The notes: generated by a model from the sequence alone, not told the origin. 64,000 nt of DNA from Octopus sinensis (GCF_006345805.1 NC_043010.1:55552001-55616000); one strand, 5' to 3'; shown: positions 49,543-62,562, numbered from the stretch's first letter. Numbers and translations are program-made.

Positions 49543-50855
49543 ATCACTACAAATTTATAAAAACTTGTTGGGGATTTAAAAAACTACAACATATTTCCGC
49601 CCATCTAATCCACTGAGAAGGCTTTGGTCGGCGTGGGGCTTGGTAAAAGACACTCACTCGAGGTGTCACACCGTGAGACTGAATCCAGAACTTAGTGGTT
49701 GAGAATCAAATTCCTGATCCCACGACAACGCCTACACCTATTTGAGGAGTTATTCTATTTATATTAATTTTTGTTTATAGCTCTTAGAAAGAATTTAAAG
49801 CAAGTAATATGTTAAGCGTTATGTCACGTTCCTTCATGATTGATGTTGGCCGTCTGCGTGATTGAATATGATGTCATCTTTGTTTGGAAATGTGTGTATG
49901 TATTACGGGTGTACGGAGAAGGATGTGTAGGCAGGGGTTGTAAATTATCAGCGAGACAACAGATCCCTGAAGCACTTTGTTCGGCAAATTTAAAGTTCAA
50001 GAAATGCTGTTTGAGTACAGAGAGTAAGGCTTGGCAAACTGACAAACAGATTTTTCTAAGCAAAGTTGCACGTTTCTTAAAAGGGATGTTCAATATTTCG
50101 TGTATAAATAGAGAGAAATCAAAGGTATTGCTGATCTTGATAGAAGTTAGAACGTGGACTTTGTAGTTGTCTACTGATCTGGGGGAAATGTTTATCTTGG
50201 AATAAATGCTCTAATAAGATCACCATTTAACGCATCTCCCATAAATTCCTTCACAAAATTACGTCCTATTCGTGTATGTATACGCAACTATATATTCTTA
50301 TATGTTTATCTCTAGATCTGTGTATGTATATATATACATATATACATCATACATATATCCTATACACACACACGCACACACATATACGCATATAAAAATG
50401 TATGTGCGCAGACACAGTTATATATGTGTTTGTGTTTGCCTGTATCTGTGTACATGTGTATAAGCGTACATAAATGCGTATACGCATACATACGAACATA
50501 CATATACACAATTCTATACATATATGCACGCATCTCATTCTCTCTCTCCTTCTCTCTTTCTACATACATATATTTATGTGTATGTGTATATAAAATTTCT
50601 GTCTATATCTATATATCAATTTATCTGCCTACATGTATGTATGTATGTATGTATGTATGTATTATTTATGTATGTATGTATGAATGTATGTATGCGTGTA
50701 TGTATGTGTGAATATGTGAATGTGTGAACGTATGTTCATAGAAGTATATATATATATATATATTATATATATTATATATATATATATGTATGTATGTAGT
50801 TACGTATAAGATAAGCATTCAAGATGTATTGCCCAGTGAGAAAGAGAAAGAGATA

Positions 50856-50886
<31 letters not shown>

Positions 50887-51432
50887 AATGTATGTATGTA
50901 TATGTGTGTGAGTGTGTGTGTGTGTGTACGGTTACATATATATATATATATAAGGTAAACAGAGAAAAGAAACGGAAGAAAGATAGGGTGAAAGAAGGAG
51001 AGGTAAGTAAGAAGACAGAGAGACAGTTAAAGAGAGCGACATAACGACTTATGCAATTCATAAGCGGTAGATAACACAATGGCTGCTCAGCAGTTTAAAA
51101 ATTTAATAGTAACGACTCGGAAAGTTTCTTATCTGAGTGATTCTTCTTTAGATTAGATGAAATTAGCATTTCTTGAAGACATCCTTTGAAGAACGAATAT
51201 ATATTGTATGTAATGTGTTTTGCATTGCTTGTTCCCGAAGGCATGAATATCAAATACGTTTGAAAGGAAATGCGACCGACGTCAGAAGTATGTGTGTGTA
51301 TGTGTGTCTCTGTGTATATTATACATATATACATATACATATACATACATATATATATATATGCATTTATATATATACACATATATACATATATATATAC
51401 ATATATATATATTTATTTACATATATATATAT

Positions 51433-51900
51433 AAAAGCGGTGCTCCAGCATGGCCGCAGTCAAATGACTGAAACAAGTAAAAGAGTAAAAGAGTATATAT
51501 ATACATATATATATATATATTTATATACATATATATACGTATATTTATATATATTTATATACATATAAAGAGAGAAGGGTGTGTATATTTATATATATAT
51601 ATATATTTATTTACATATATATATAAAGGCGGTGCTCCAGCATGGCCGCAGTCAAATGACTGAAACAAGTAAAAGAGTAAAAGAGTATATATATATATAT
51701 AATATATATATATTTATATACATATATATACGTATATTATATATATTTATATACATATAAGAGAGAAGGGCGTGTATATTTATATATATATATATATATT
51801 TATATACATATATATACGTATATTTTTATCTATTTATATACATATAAAGAGAGAAGGGCGTGTATATTTATATATATATATATATTTATTTATGTATAAA
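51433..51900 (+). repeat. Tandemly amplified isolated SINE-B tail plus (TA)n flank
   Basis: About 60-nt tail at 51433 and 51625; AGAGAGAAGGG marker at about 51568, 51760 and 51848. Confidence 0.85.
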
Positions 51901-52217
51901 TATACATATATATAAATATATATATATATATTCATAGATATACAGGTATATCTATGTATGCATGCGAGTGTGTATGTATATGTGGGTATTAGTGTGTGTG
52001 TGTGTATATGGGTGTGCGTCTGTGTCTGTTTACGGAGATAATGCTTACTTATAGATATTTATTCATCGGATCATCATTTGTGGCGGCGGCAGTGAGGGCT
52101 TGAAGCGTTTTTTTTTTTTTTATTTTATTTTAATCAATTTGGCAGCTGTTTGTGAAATATCTATTGCACATAAGTTTAAAGATTTTGCATATATATATAT
52201 ATATATATACATATAAT

Positions 52218-52640
52218 AGGCGCAGGAGTGGCTGTGTGGTAAGTAGCTTGCTAACCAACCACATGGTTCCGGGTTCAGTTCCACTGCGTGGCATCTTGGG
52301 CAAGTGTCTTCTCCTATATAGCCCCGGGCCGACCAATGCCTTGTGAATGGATTTGGTAGACGGAAACTGAAAGAAGCCTGTCGTATATATGTATATATTT
52401 ATATATGTGTGTGTGTGTGTGTGTCTGTGTGTCTGTGTTTGCCCCCCTAGCATTGCTTGACAACCGATGCTGGTATGCTTACGTCCCCGTCACTTAGCGG
52501 TTCGGCAAAAGAGACCGATAGAATAAGTACTGGGCTTACAAAGAATAAGTCCCCGGGTCGATTTGCTCGACTAAAGGCGGTGCTCCAGCATGGCCGCAGT
52601 CAAATGACTGAAACAAGTAAAAAAGTAAAGTAAAAAAAAG
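52218..52640 (+). mobile_element. SINE-B full-length
   Basis: Matches the family consensus. Confidence 0.9.
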
Positions 52641-52706
52641 TATATAATGCCACATTCAAACCAGAGTACTCAATGAAGGTAGAATGTTGATATTTTATGA
52701 TTTATA

Positions 52707-52937
52707 TTAAAGTTGGTGCATAATTAATTATTGCGGGTTTTTTTTTTAAACAAATTTTATTCGACAAAAACAATAACAACATTTAACAAAAACATCTTTA
52801 AATGGTTATTCCGAAACGTATTCACCATCTACTTCAATAATCTGCTTGGCGATTTGCTTAAATTGGTGTTTTGATTAAATATTTTGTTGAATAAAATTGA
52901 TTGAAAAAAAAGCCGCAATAATTATGCACCAACCTAA
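52707..52937. mobile_element. Mariner-derived MITE
   Basis: TIR TTAGGTTGGTGCATAATTATTGCGGCTT (right end intact, left diverged) and TA flanks. Confidence 0.85.
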
Positions 52938-53337
52938 TATTATACAGATGGATTCGGCCAAAAACGATGAGTACATTCTTACTAGGATGAGTCTATTGTA
53001 TTTTTCAGGTGTGAAGTAGATTCATTGCTCGTCCTAGCAGTGTAAATATCTACTTCAGCTGAAGAAAATAGGTAACACGCATTACAAGTAAGCAAATTGT
53101 GGTTTTGGAATAATACCAAACATATGTCGGAAGTATAAAGGTTTGAATAACACCTGCGTCTAACTGCATTTATTTATCTATCTATGTCGTACAAAAACAT
53201 TTCACCAAAACCTTCAGTTTCTACCTTTATAAGTAGGCTGTTACATCCTTAATATTTGTGTGAATTTTTGCTACCATGGTAACTATTTATTTATATTTTT
53301 ACCGTGTTATTTGTAAACATTGAAAAAATATACACTC

Positions 53338-53370
<33 letters not shown>

Positions 53371-54491
53371 AATATATATATATATATATACATACATACA
53401 TACATACTACATACATGCATATGTACAATAAGTATGTGTGTTCCTTTTGTTTTTGTGTTCGTTTCCGTTCGGTTTAATAGCCAGTATTCGTGTGATTGCT
53501 TCCTTGTAGGTATCCATGATGATATATACAGATTGTGTAGCCTTGATAATATTATCCGAATTACAATAACACCATCATATAAATAGAATAGCCATGACTA
53601 AAGCACATTTGAGCTTAGCTCTATTGGATAAGTATTGACATAACGAGTGGTATGTTACAACTGCAAAAAAAAAAAAATTTAAAGCAAAACCGAAACAAGG
53701 AAAAAACACGGTATTCGAATCTAACATCTGAAGATGTTAGATTCTAATAATTAAATGTAATATTTTATCGAAGAAATGTGGTTCCATTATACAAATTTGC
53801 TGTGTCATGAAAAATAATCTGAGATGTCAGTCAATCGACCACGTCTGCATTTCACACATTGTAAACAGTGTTCAGACGCTGACGTCAGTGACACTCTTGG
53901 GAGAAACCAATGTTTTTAACCACAAATCTTTCTTTATCAAGCGAATGCCAACCGTTGCGTTGCAGTTGTATTTGATACTGAGGAATTTAACATTCCACCG
54001 TTTACTTTTAGTTTTTTCTTTTGTCTTAGTTTCTTTTTGGTTTGTTTTGCTTTCTTCCTTTTTCATACTCAACTTAAATGCATTTAATATTGCTTCACTT
54101 TGTTTTTTTTGTTCTTTTGTATGTATTTTTTGTTTTTTCATTTTATGAATTCAAAGATTCGATGTTTGAGAAATAACTAAAATATGATGTGTCAATATTC
54201 AGCTATTTTCTACCGTCAATATTGGACTTTTCAAGAAGTTCACTTCTCGATTTACGAGATTTCAGGGTTAAATATGTCAGAGCATGACACGTTGTTAAGC
54301 GAGTAATTTTTATTGTATTACCCTCGGGCTGGGTCAGGCTTTGCGAAATAAATTAGACTTAGACATGACTGCATGATTAAATATCTTCCTTTGCAACGAC
54401 GAGCTTTCACATGCAGTCACATTGTTATAGCTCTAGGCCGACTAATAACTTGCGAATGAATTTGGTAGACGAAAATTGTGAAACCCCGACG

Positions 54492-54537
<46 letters not shown>

Positions 54538-54722
54538 ATGCAGAGAGAGAGAGAGAGAGAGAGAGTGTGTGTGTTGTGTGTGTGTGTATGTGTGTATGTA
54601 TGTGTGTCTGAGTGAGGAAGGGAGAAAATGGAAGAGACCGTGTGAGAGATTACGTCGACCTAGATTCAGTTCCTCTGCATGACACGTGGAGCAGGAAACT
54701 AAGAAGAAGCCCTTCGCATATA

Positions 54723-54749
<27 letters not shown>

Positions 54750-54766
<17 letters not shown>

Positions 54767-55040
54767 TTACGGAATAAATCCAAACTTACAGGGAAAAATC
54801 AGATTTAGGATTGAATCCAATTTTATAGTAAAATATTATATTATATTAAATTAGAGACAAAACCACTATTAGGCAAATCATACAATGAAAAACTTAGCCA
54901 ATACATAAGATTATTTAATTTATATTATTTAAATATATAACAAAATTATTAAAAAAATATAATTAATATATCACTACGATCGTTCCATGGCTGTTAATTT
55001 TTTTAAATTTTCGAGTTACAGTCATTCATCAGGTGGTTTA
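54750..55040. mobile_element. Penelope-type repeat fragment with a hammerhead motif
   Basis: Shares AAACTTACAGGGAAAA...ATTAGAGA(C)AAAACCACTATT with 60020-60130; hammerhead at the right end. Confidence 0.5.
54972..55036 (-). ncRNA. Type I hammerhead-like motif with palindromic stem III
   Basis: Minus strand reads CAC-CTGATGA-ATGACTGT...ACAGCCAT-GGAAC-GATC-GTA-GTG. Stem II has 7 of 8 pairs and there is one core substitution (GAAA to GGAA). Confidence 0.55.
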
Positions 55041-55453
55041 AATGTACCTTTGCTTTTGTGTTTGTCTCTCACCGCTCGACAACCGGTATTCGTCTGTTTA
55101 CTTTTTCGTAACGTAGCGGTATGGCAAAAAGAGTCTGACAAAATAAGTACCTGATTTATAAAAAAAAAATGAAGTGCTACGCTTGATTTGTTCGATTAAA
55201 CGCTTCAAGGCTCTGCTTGGCCGTAATCTAATGACTGGTACAAATAAAAGAAAATGTGTGTACGTACATATACATATGTGTGTTTGCGAGTATACTTGAG
55301 TATATTCTCACACAGGTTGACATCAATTGCTAGTTTCCGTTTTTTTTTATGTTTACGACCCCATAACATTGCGTTTTAGCATAAAAGACTGATAAAAGAA
55401 ATATAACAAACTTCAAGGAATAAATAGTAGGGTAGATTTTTTCAACTAAGCTA

Positions 55454-55697
55454 TTGGGTTGGTGCATAATTATTGCGGCTTTTATTCAACAAAAACAATA
55501 ACAACATGTAACAAAAATATCTTTAAATGATTATTCCGGAGCATATTCACCATCTACTTCAATTACTGCTTCCCATTTGCTTGGCAGACGGTGAGACCGA
55601 CCGTCATTTAAAGATGGTTTTGTTAAATATTGTTATTGTTTTTGTTGAATAAAATTTGTTGAAAAAACGCCGCAATTATTATTGTGCACCATCCCAA
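55454..55697 (-). mobile_element. Mariner-derived MITE retaining the transposase C-terminus
   Basis: TIRs TTGGGTTGGTGCATAATTATTGCGGC / GCCGCAAT...GCACCATCCCAA with TA flanks; internal minus strand encodes RLPSKWEAVIEVDGEYAPE*. Confidence 0.85.
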
Positions 55698-57143
55698 TAT
55701 TTTAAAGCGATATCTCACCACAGCCGAAATCCAGTGAATAAAACATTTGCAAAGAAAAAATTAAAACATATCTGAAATCAGAAGAGATTCAAAGGAAATA
55801 TTTTTATAGAAGACTTCAAAGGAAATATTTCTGTAAATTAAAAGCCTGAAAACACGTTGAATTTTTACAGCAGATCATACAAAGCATAGAGCAATGTACA
55901 GGGAGACCTGGGTTACCTATATTAGGTATTTTGATTAATCAAATGGTTGCAACTTGCTTATTATTATTGTCTTTCATCTTTTCTTCATCTGTTTCAACCA
56001 TTGGACTGAAGCCATTTTGTGGCACGGTCTTCAAGGGTCTTCAATCGAACAAATTAAGTCTAATTTCTATTATTTTATGTCTGGTACTAATTCTATTGGT
56101 TTGTTTTGCCAAACCCGAGCCAGGGCTATGTTGGAAGACAGTTCCCAAGAGTTCCACACTGGGATTGAACCCGAAACCAAGCGATTACAAAACAACATTC
56201 CTGACCATACAGTGACGCCTGAGACTATTCGTTGAGAGATTCATTCATTTATTTAGCTACGCTAAAATAGCCACATTCAAAATTTGTTCAGTATGTACTG
56301 AAGCAGTAGAAAGATATAAAGTTTGATGTAACTTTATCATTTGAGGAATGATTAACGTCAAAACAAATACCATGAATCAATTTATTTTGATTACATACAA
56401 TGGTTCTAAGTGTATTACTGAGGACAATATGAAGTACGAAACATATACAATTCCAAAAGGCATTATATGGATAAAAGGCATTTATATGAATAAGTGACTG
56501 AAGCCACGTAATGGAAATTCGCCATGATATTCATAAAATATTAATCGCTTATTTGGTTATAGAACCAACTTTTATATGAGAGATACAGTCTATTTATTTC
56601 AGTAGGGTAAACTTTTCACTAGCTTTCATTGTTGTAACACTTCGGTTAGTTATAATTGTACATAGTCGCCGTATGTAAATAAAATGTCGAAAGCCTGATT
56701 GCGATATACTGGTCCATCCCACCGTATATTTTTATGTCTCCGTTTGTTTTAGTAATCAAATCCACGAGAAGACAAAGTAAATTTAATTCCCGTGTGATGA
56801 GAGACAATTTTGAGTAAAGAAATGGATGAAAAGAAGTAAATTTTACGATAGAAAGCAATTACAATGTTTATTATACCAACGCCCTCGAGGCAAATATTAT
56901 GTGGCTTTCCTAAGTAAAAATTCTTCCTAAGACCGGTTCTCAATCAAAATATTACGAATCTGCAGGATTCCGGTGAGACACATAATGAACTGATGCTTCG
57001 GTATCCCGGACATTTCTTGAAGCGCTGAGGTCAATTTTTAACCTTCAATATTTCGCAGTCGATAAATAAAAAATTACCATCAAAGAGACGCTGCGCTTGA
57101 TCCGCTATCTCCACTCTTCTCTCCTGTTCTTTCTCCCCAACTG

Positions 57144-57178
<35 letters not shown>

Positions 57179-57839
57179 TTTCAGCTGTTACATCATAGAG
57201 ATTTCACTAAGACGATAGTGGAAGGCTTAATGAATGGTGTAGTGTGGAGTGGTGTAGTGTATGTGTGTGTACGCACGTATGCCTCTCTGTGTGTATGCTG
57301 AATGTGTCTATTAGATATCTCATGAGCACCAAATGAAGCAATCGATGGAGGTATTGTTCAAGTCCTAGTAACTTTGCGGTTAAGAAAGAGACCGATAGAA
57401 TAAGTACCAGGCTTTAAAAAAAATACGAAGTACTCGGGTTGATTTGTTAGACTAAAATTATCTAAGGCAGTGCTACAGCAGGGCCACAGCCTAATGCCGA
57501 AAACTAGTAAAACATGAGAGATATAAACTAACATAAAACTACTGAGCGTGTATATATATCTATGTGGGTGTGTGTGTGGTGTGTGCTAGAGTGAGTGTGT
57601 GTATATCCTTCTTCAAATTCTCCTCCTTCTTCCTCTTCTCCTCCTACTTCACTTTCATCTACTTTTGAGCATTTTCCTCTCATCCTTCTCTTTCTCCGCT
57701 CCCCTATAATTATGCTATCCACCCTCTTGATTTCCCGCACACACACAAACACACATACATAATATCTACTTCACTTAGTTTTTGTTTTGTAATTTTCTGG
57801 TTTTCTTTTTTACTTCCTCTTGGTGTTTTCCTAAGAACA

Positions 57840-58390
57840 AGGTCTGAAGGACGCACAATATAATAGCACATTTTTATGCAAATCTGATTAAGAGGTTCTC
57901 TAATATCTAAAACGGCAAATACGTTTCTTATGCTCCTCTTATTTTTCGAGCATCTTCCGGAGTATTCGAGCGGTTCCAAGCAGTACCGTTTTCTGCAAGT
58001 GCTCCACCCTTATTGCAGCCCCTATTTGTTCCACGTACTTCTCGAGATTTTTGCTCGCTATCTCCAGGTCTTCGACAATTATTGGCTCCACTGCTACTTT
58101 TTTTCATCGACCACAAATGCTTAACTTCCCAAGCTAACCTGTCATATCTCTCGACTTTTCTTTCTTCCTCATCGCATACCTTATTGTCAGCTGGGCTTGC
58201 TATGTCTATGATCCAGCATAGTGTGTTTTCTTTCTAAATTAAGACTATATCCAGCTTCATATTCTCTACCTCATGGTCGCACTGAATCATAAATTCCCAT
58301 AGGATTTTGCATTTCTATTTTCGACGAATTTTTTGCTGTCATGTCCATACTTGTCGCAGTGTCTAATGGATAAGCCTGGGTATATTGTCG
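57840..58390 (-). mobile_element. Second R4/Dong-like element, 5'-truncated (RLE domain plus 3' UTR)
   Basis: KCKILWEFMIQCDHEVENMKLDIVLI*KENTLCWIIDIASPADNKVCDEEERKVERYDRLAWEVKHLW...QKTVLLGTARILRKMLEK* (stop at 57939-57941); the 5' end abuts (ATT)n at about 58401. Confidence 0.85.
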
Positions 58391-58503
58391 TGGCTTCTCA
58401 TATATTCCTTATATTATTATTATTATTATTATTATTGTTGTTGTTGTGTTGTGTTGTTGTTATTGTTGTTGTTGTGTTGTTGTTGTTGCTGCTGCTGCTG
58501 CTG

Positions 58504-58534
<31 letters not shown>

Positions 58535-58974
58535 GGTATTATTATTATTATTATTATTATTTAGGCGGCGTGTTACTAGAGTCGTTAGAAGTCGGGCAAA
58601 ATACTTAGCAACCTTTTGTCTTTCATCATGTTCGGTGTTCAAATTCCTCCGAGGTCGACATTGCCTTTCATAATTTTGAGATCCATAAAAAAAGCACCAA
58701 TTGATAACTGAGATCGATGATATCGATTTTACTTTACTCCATCAAAATCTTTGGTTTTCTGCCGAAATTTAAAACCATTATTATATTTATGACGAGTTTT
58801 TTTTTTCTTATTTCTATTTTGTTTCTAAACATTTTTAATATGTCAAATGCTAATCATTAAATCCCTCTCAAATAGAACTCTACGAAAACATTGACTCTAC
58901 ACTCAGTATTACTCAACACATTTCATTGTTGTACTTAAGTCAGCTTTCAAATACTAATACTTTCTTGACGCTTA

Positions 58975-59034
<60 letters not shown>

Positions 59035-59276
59035 CATATATATATACGGTACCTTTATATAAGCTTAAAGCTTAAGGCGATAAGCGTGGAATGACTAAGG
59101 AAAATAGTCTAACAAAGGGGCGTATAAGCTCTCGACAGAAAAGAGAAGGCTCATTCTTCATCTCTCATCTCACACAATGTGTCCAGTGCTGAGGCGAAAC
59201 GATGTATTCCTCTTCAATCCGCAATAAATGAACTAATTTCAATTTATGAATATACATACATGCATATATACATACA

Positions 59277-59310
59277 TTTCCGACGAAGAGCTCCGCTCGA
59301 AACGTTAAAC
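59277..59310 (+). ncRNA. Ultra-minimal hammerhead-like motif (variant core CCGACGA)
   Basis: TTT-CCGACGA-A-GAGC-TCC-GCTC-GAAAC-GTT-AAA. Confidence 0.4.
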
Positions 59311-59659
59311 CCTCCTTCTTTCCTTCTTTCCTGAGTGTCCAATAATACTATATTTGTTTCACGTCCTCGCATTATTGTGTTTTTTTGTGCTTTCTTGTTT
59401 GGATTAACTGTATATATATATATATATATTGGAAATCTAATTTAAGTAGCAAGAAACGGTTGGATATCACTACATTTTATTAGACTTTTACCACCCATAA
59501 AATATGTATATATATTTTTCTATAAAAAATGATATTAAATATATGTGAAATGATGGCATTTCTCTTCCCTTTTTGTATAGGTTTTACAATATTTTCACTA
59601 TAAACACACACACACACATATATATATATATAATATATATATATACATATATATATATA

Positions 59660-59709
<50 letters not shown>

Positions 59710-59731
59710 GTATATACATAGATATATATAT

Positions 59732-59766
<35 letters not shown>

Positions 59767-60103
59767 TAATAATATATATAGATATTCGTATACACTCAAG
59801 ATACGACACACCACTACGAGTAATCTCTTATGTCTGTTATATGTAAATCGTATTTCTCATGTCCTTAAAGCATGTGAGGAGGAATTTTCTCCATTTGGAA
59901 TACCGGGTGTTATAAAAGCTTTCTAAGGTAAACTTTATATGCCCTGATTATAATATTGAAATGGACTTCTGTAACACTGCTTTTCAGATTTACTTGTTCA
60001 TATATATATATATATATAATAGTAGGGAATATAATTTCGAAACTTACAGGGAAAATTTCAATTTAACAATTTTAAATCAAATTTCACAATATATAATATA
60101 TGT

Positions 60104-60331
60104 ATATAATTTAGAGAAAAACCACTATTAAACAATTCAATAAAGATGTTATTCACGCCATATAGAAAGCATTGACGATAAAAAACTACTATAAACACTA
60201 CTCTTTACTATTTATTGTATTTTATTGATTTTAAATAAGTTTTTTTTTTATATAGTATATGTTTTCTATATGGTGTGAATAGCATCTTCCTTTATTGAAT
60301 TGTTTAATACTGGTTTTTCTCTAAATTATAT
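60104..60331. repeat. Inverted repeat, about 70 bp arms with 85 bp spacer (Penelope-type)
   Basis: 60104-60172 is the reverse complement of 60259-60331 with a few differences; the left side extends into the family shared with 54750. Confidence 0.8.
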
Positions 60332-60360
60332 CCATCCATATATATATATATATATATATA

Positions 60361-60658
60361 TCACCGTGATCACCGTGACCGACCAGGCTATCAGATGTTC
60401 CTACACATCGCTGGTCACAATGCGCTTCGCATTGTTTTAGCCTTTAAATGACGCCACCCCGCTGGCTAAGCGAGCAGGCCAATAGACGAAAGAGTGAGAG
60501 AAAGTTGTGGCGAAAGAGTACAGCAGGGATCGCCACCCCCTGCCGGAGCCTCGTGGAGCTTTTAGGTGTTCTCGCTCAATAAACACACACAACGCCCAGT
60601 CTGGGAATCGAAACCGCGATCCTCCGACCGCGAGTCCGCTACCCTAACCACTGGGCCA
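60361..60658 (-). mobile_element. SINE-C with tail type 1
   Basis: Same tail as 9274-9579; the first about 10 nt of the head are missing where it meets the palindrome. Confidence 0.85.
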
Positions 60659-60822
60659 GTAAAAGGTTGTCATTGTATTACTCGAAGTCTCGAATGTTGG
60701 AGCGTTGAGCTACGATACATTCTCATCGGCTGTTAATGGCCATAAATGGCCGACGAGAGTGTACCGTAGCTCTTCGCTCCGGCATTCGAAACTTCGAGTA
60801 CTACACTGACAACCTTTTACTG
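60657..60822. mobile_element. 166-bp near-perfect palindrome (MITE-like)
   Basis: CAGTAAAAGGTTGTCA...CTCATCGGC / GCCGACGAG...TGACAACCTTTTACTG; about 74 bp arms; no TSD found. Confidence 0.8.
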
Positions 60823-60900
60823 CTTCTTCTAGTTTATAATATATAAATAATCCTCTATTTCTCTAATATCGAGGTCTCATTCTTTTGGTGTTACATATTT

Positions 60901-60965
<65 letters not shown>

Positions 60966-61554
60966 TAGATCTATTATATAATATATTATATATATATATA
61001 TAATAATATATATATATATATATATATGTACAGCCTCAAATAGTCCTACACATGTTTCTCCCGCATCGATTAACCCTACTATGATACAGATGCAGCCTCA
61101 TCATTGTCTTCACTTTATTATCCCATGATTCGACTGCTTAAAGCTTTTCATTAATCTACTCTCCGTTGCATGATGTAGAGTCGTTCGTAAATTTAGACAC
61201 AGTCTATCTTCAATTCAAGTTTTCATTGGAAAATCACTGATAGTCTTTTATTTCAAGATATTGTCATTTACGTATAGCACATGTAAATTTCCTTATATGC
61301 GAACAGCTTAAATGTAGCATTTACACATATTGGTACCAAATGACATCTGATAGTTGTTTTTAACCTTTCTGAGAACACAATCATCTGCACCCAATCGTCC
61401 CTGACGATCCTACTTGTAGATAATGCAATAATGAATAAATAAATAAATAAATAGCCGATACTACTACTTGATAATGTCTAAATTCTAGTGAATACTCTAA
61501 CCAATATGTATGTGTGTGTACATATATTTACGTATATATCTATATATCTATATA

Positions 61555-61616
<62 letters not shown>

Positions 61617-61811
61617 TGTATATATATACATATATATATCTATATATATTTATATATATATATATATTATGTATGTATGTATGTATACGCACACACACCA
61701 CACACACACACATGTATATATATAGATAGATAGATTCTAGCAATTTATATATGTATGTGTGTCTTTCTTCATGTATATATGTATGCATATATATATGTAT
61801 ATATATATATC

Positions 61812-61868
<57 letters not shown>

Positions 61869-62343
61869 CAGTAACTCATGCAACACGTGGGTCTGTTATA
61901 ATACAATTGCATGTGAATTCATGATAGAAATTCAATTGCCTAGGACGTTGTTTTGTATTGTATGAATATTCTAATCACAAACCCGAAATAAGTGCTAAGT
62001 TTTGATTAAATAATTTAAGAAAACCTATTAACCTTTACTATATTTGATTCAAAATTTTAATTATAAAGTCACATGTGTATCCATTCTGACAAAGACATGT
62101 GCTATGATCTATGGTGAAAGGTTTATACCTGTTTATATCTAAGCATGTCTTTATATCTGTATTCATACACACACCTGGAAATCTAACACTGTTGACTAGC
62201 TCTTCCTGCAATATATATATATACATGTATAAATATATATGTATATATAAATATATATATATATACTATTCTGTCCGGCATTCGCCATGATAGATCACTA
62301 GTCACTACACATTCTTTATTTTCTTCTTGTTTCTTTCTTTGTC

Positions 62344-62381
62344 CCTTTCTGTGGAAGAGCGTAGGCTCGAAACGTTAAAGG
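62344..62381 (+). ncRNA. Ultra-minimal hammerhead-like motif (variant core CTGTGGA)
   Basis: CCTTT-CTGTGGA-A-GAGC-GTAG-GCTC-GAAAC-GTT-AAAGG; perfect 5-bp stem I and 4-bp stem II. Confidence 0.45.
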
Positions 62382-62483
62382 TTTTTTCACTTCCCGAGCG
62401 TTATAGTAATGCATATATATGCGTATATATATGTGTATATGTATATACATACATAAATATACAGAGATCGATCGATCGATCGG

Positions 62484-62562
<79 letters not shown>

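Noticed and set aside
49952-50030. Possible exon bounded by TTATCAG and GTAAGG in unique sequence
   Set aside because: No polypyrimidine tract, two of three frames closed, no recognisable peptide and no partner exons.
61040-61115. Minus-strand ATGATGA...GCATC/GATGC...GAAACATGTGTA
   Set aside because: C3 is missing, the stem II base is unpaired and there is no stem I; too decayed to call.
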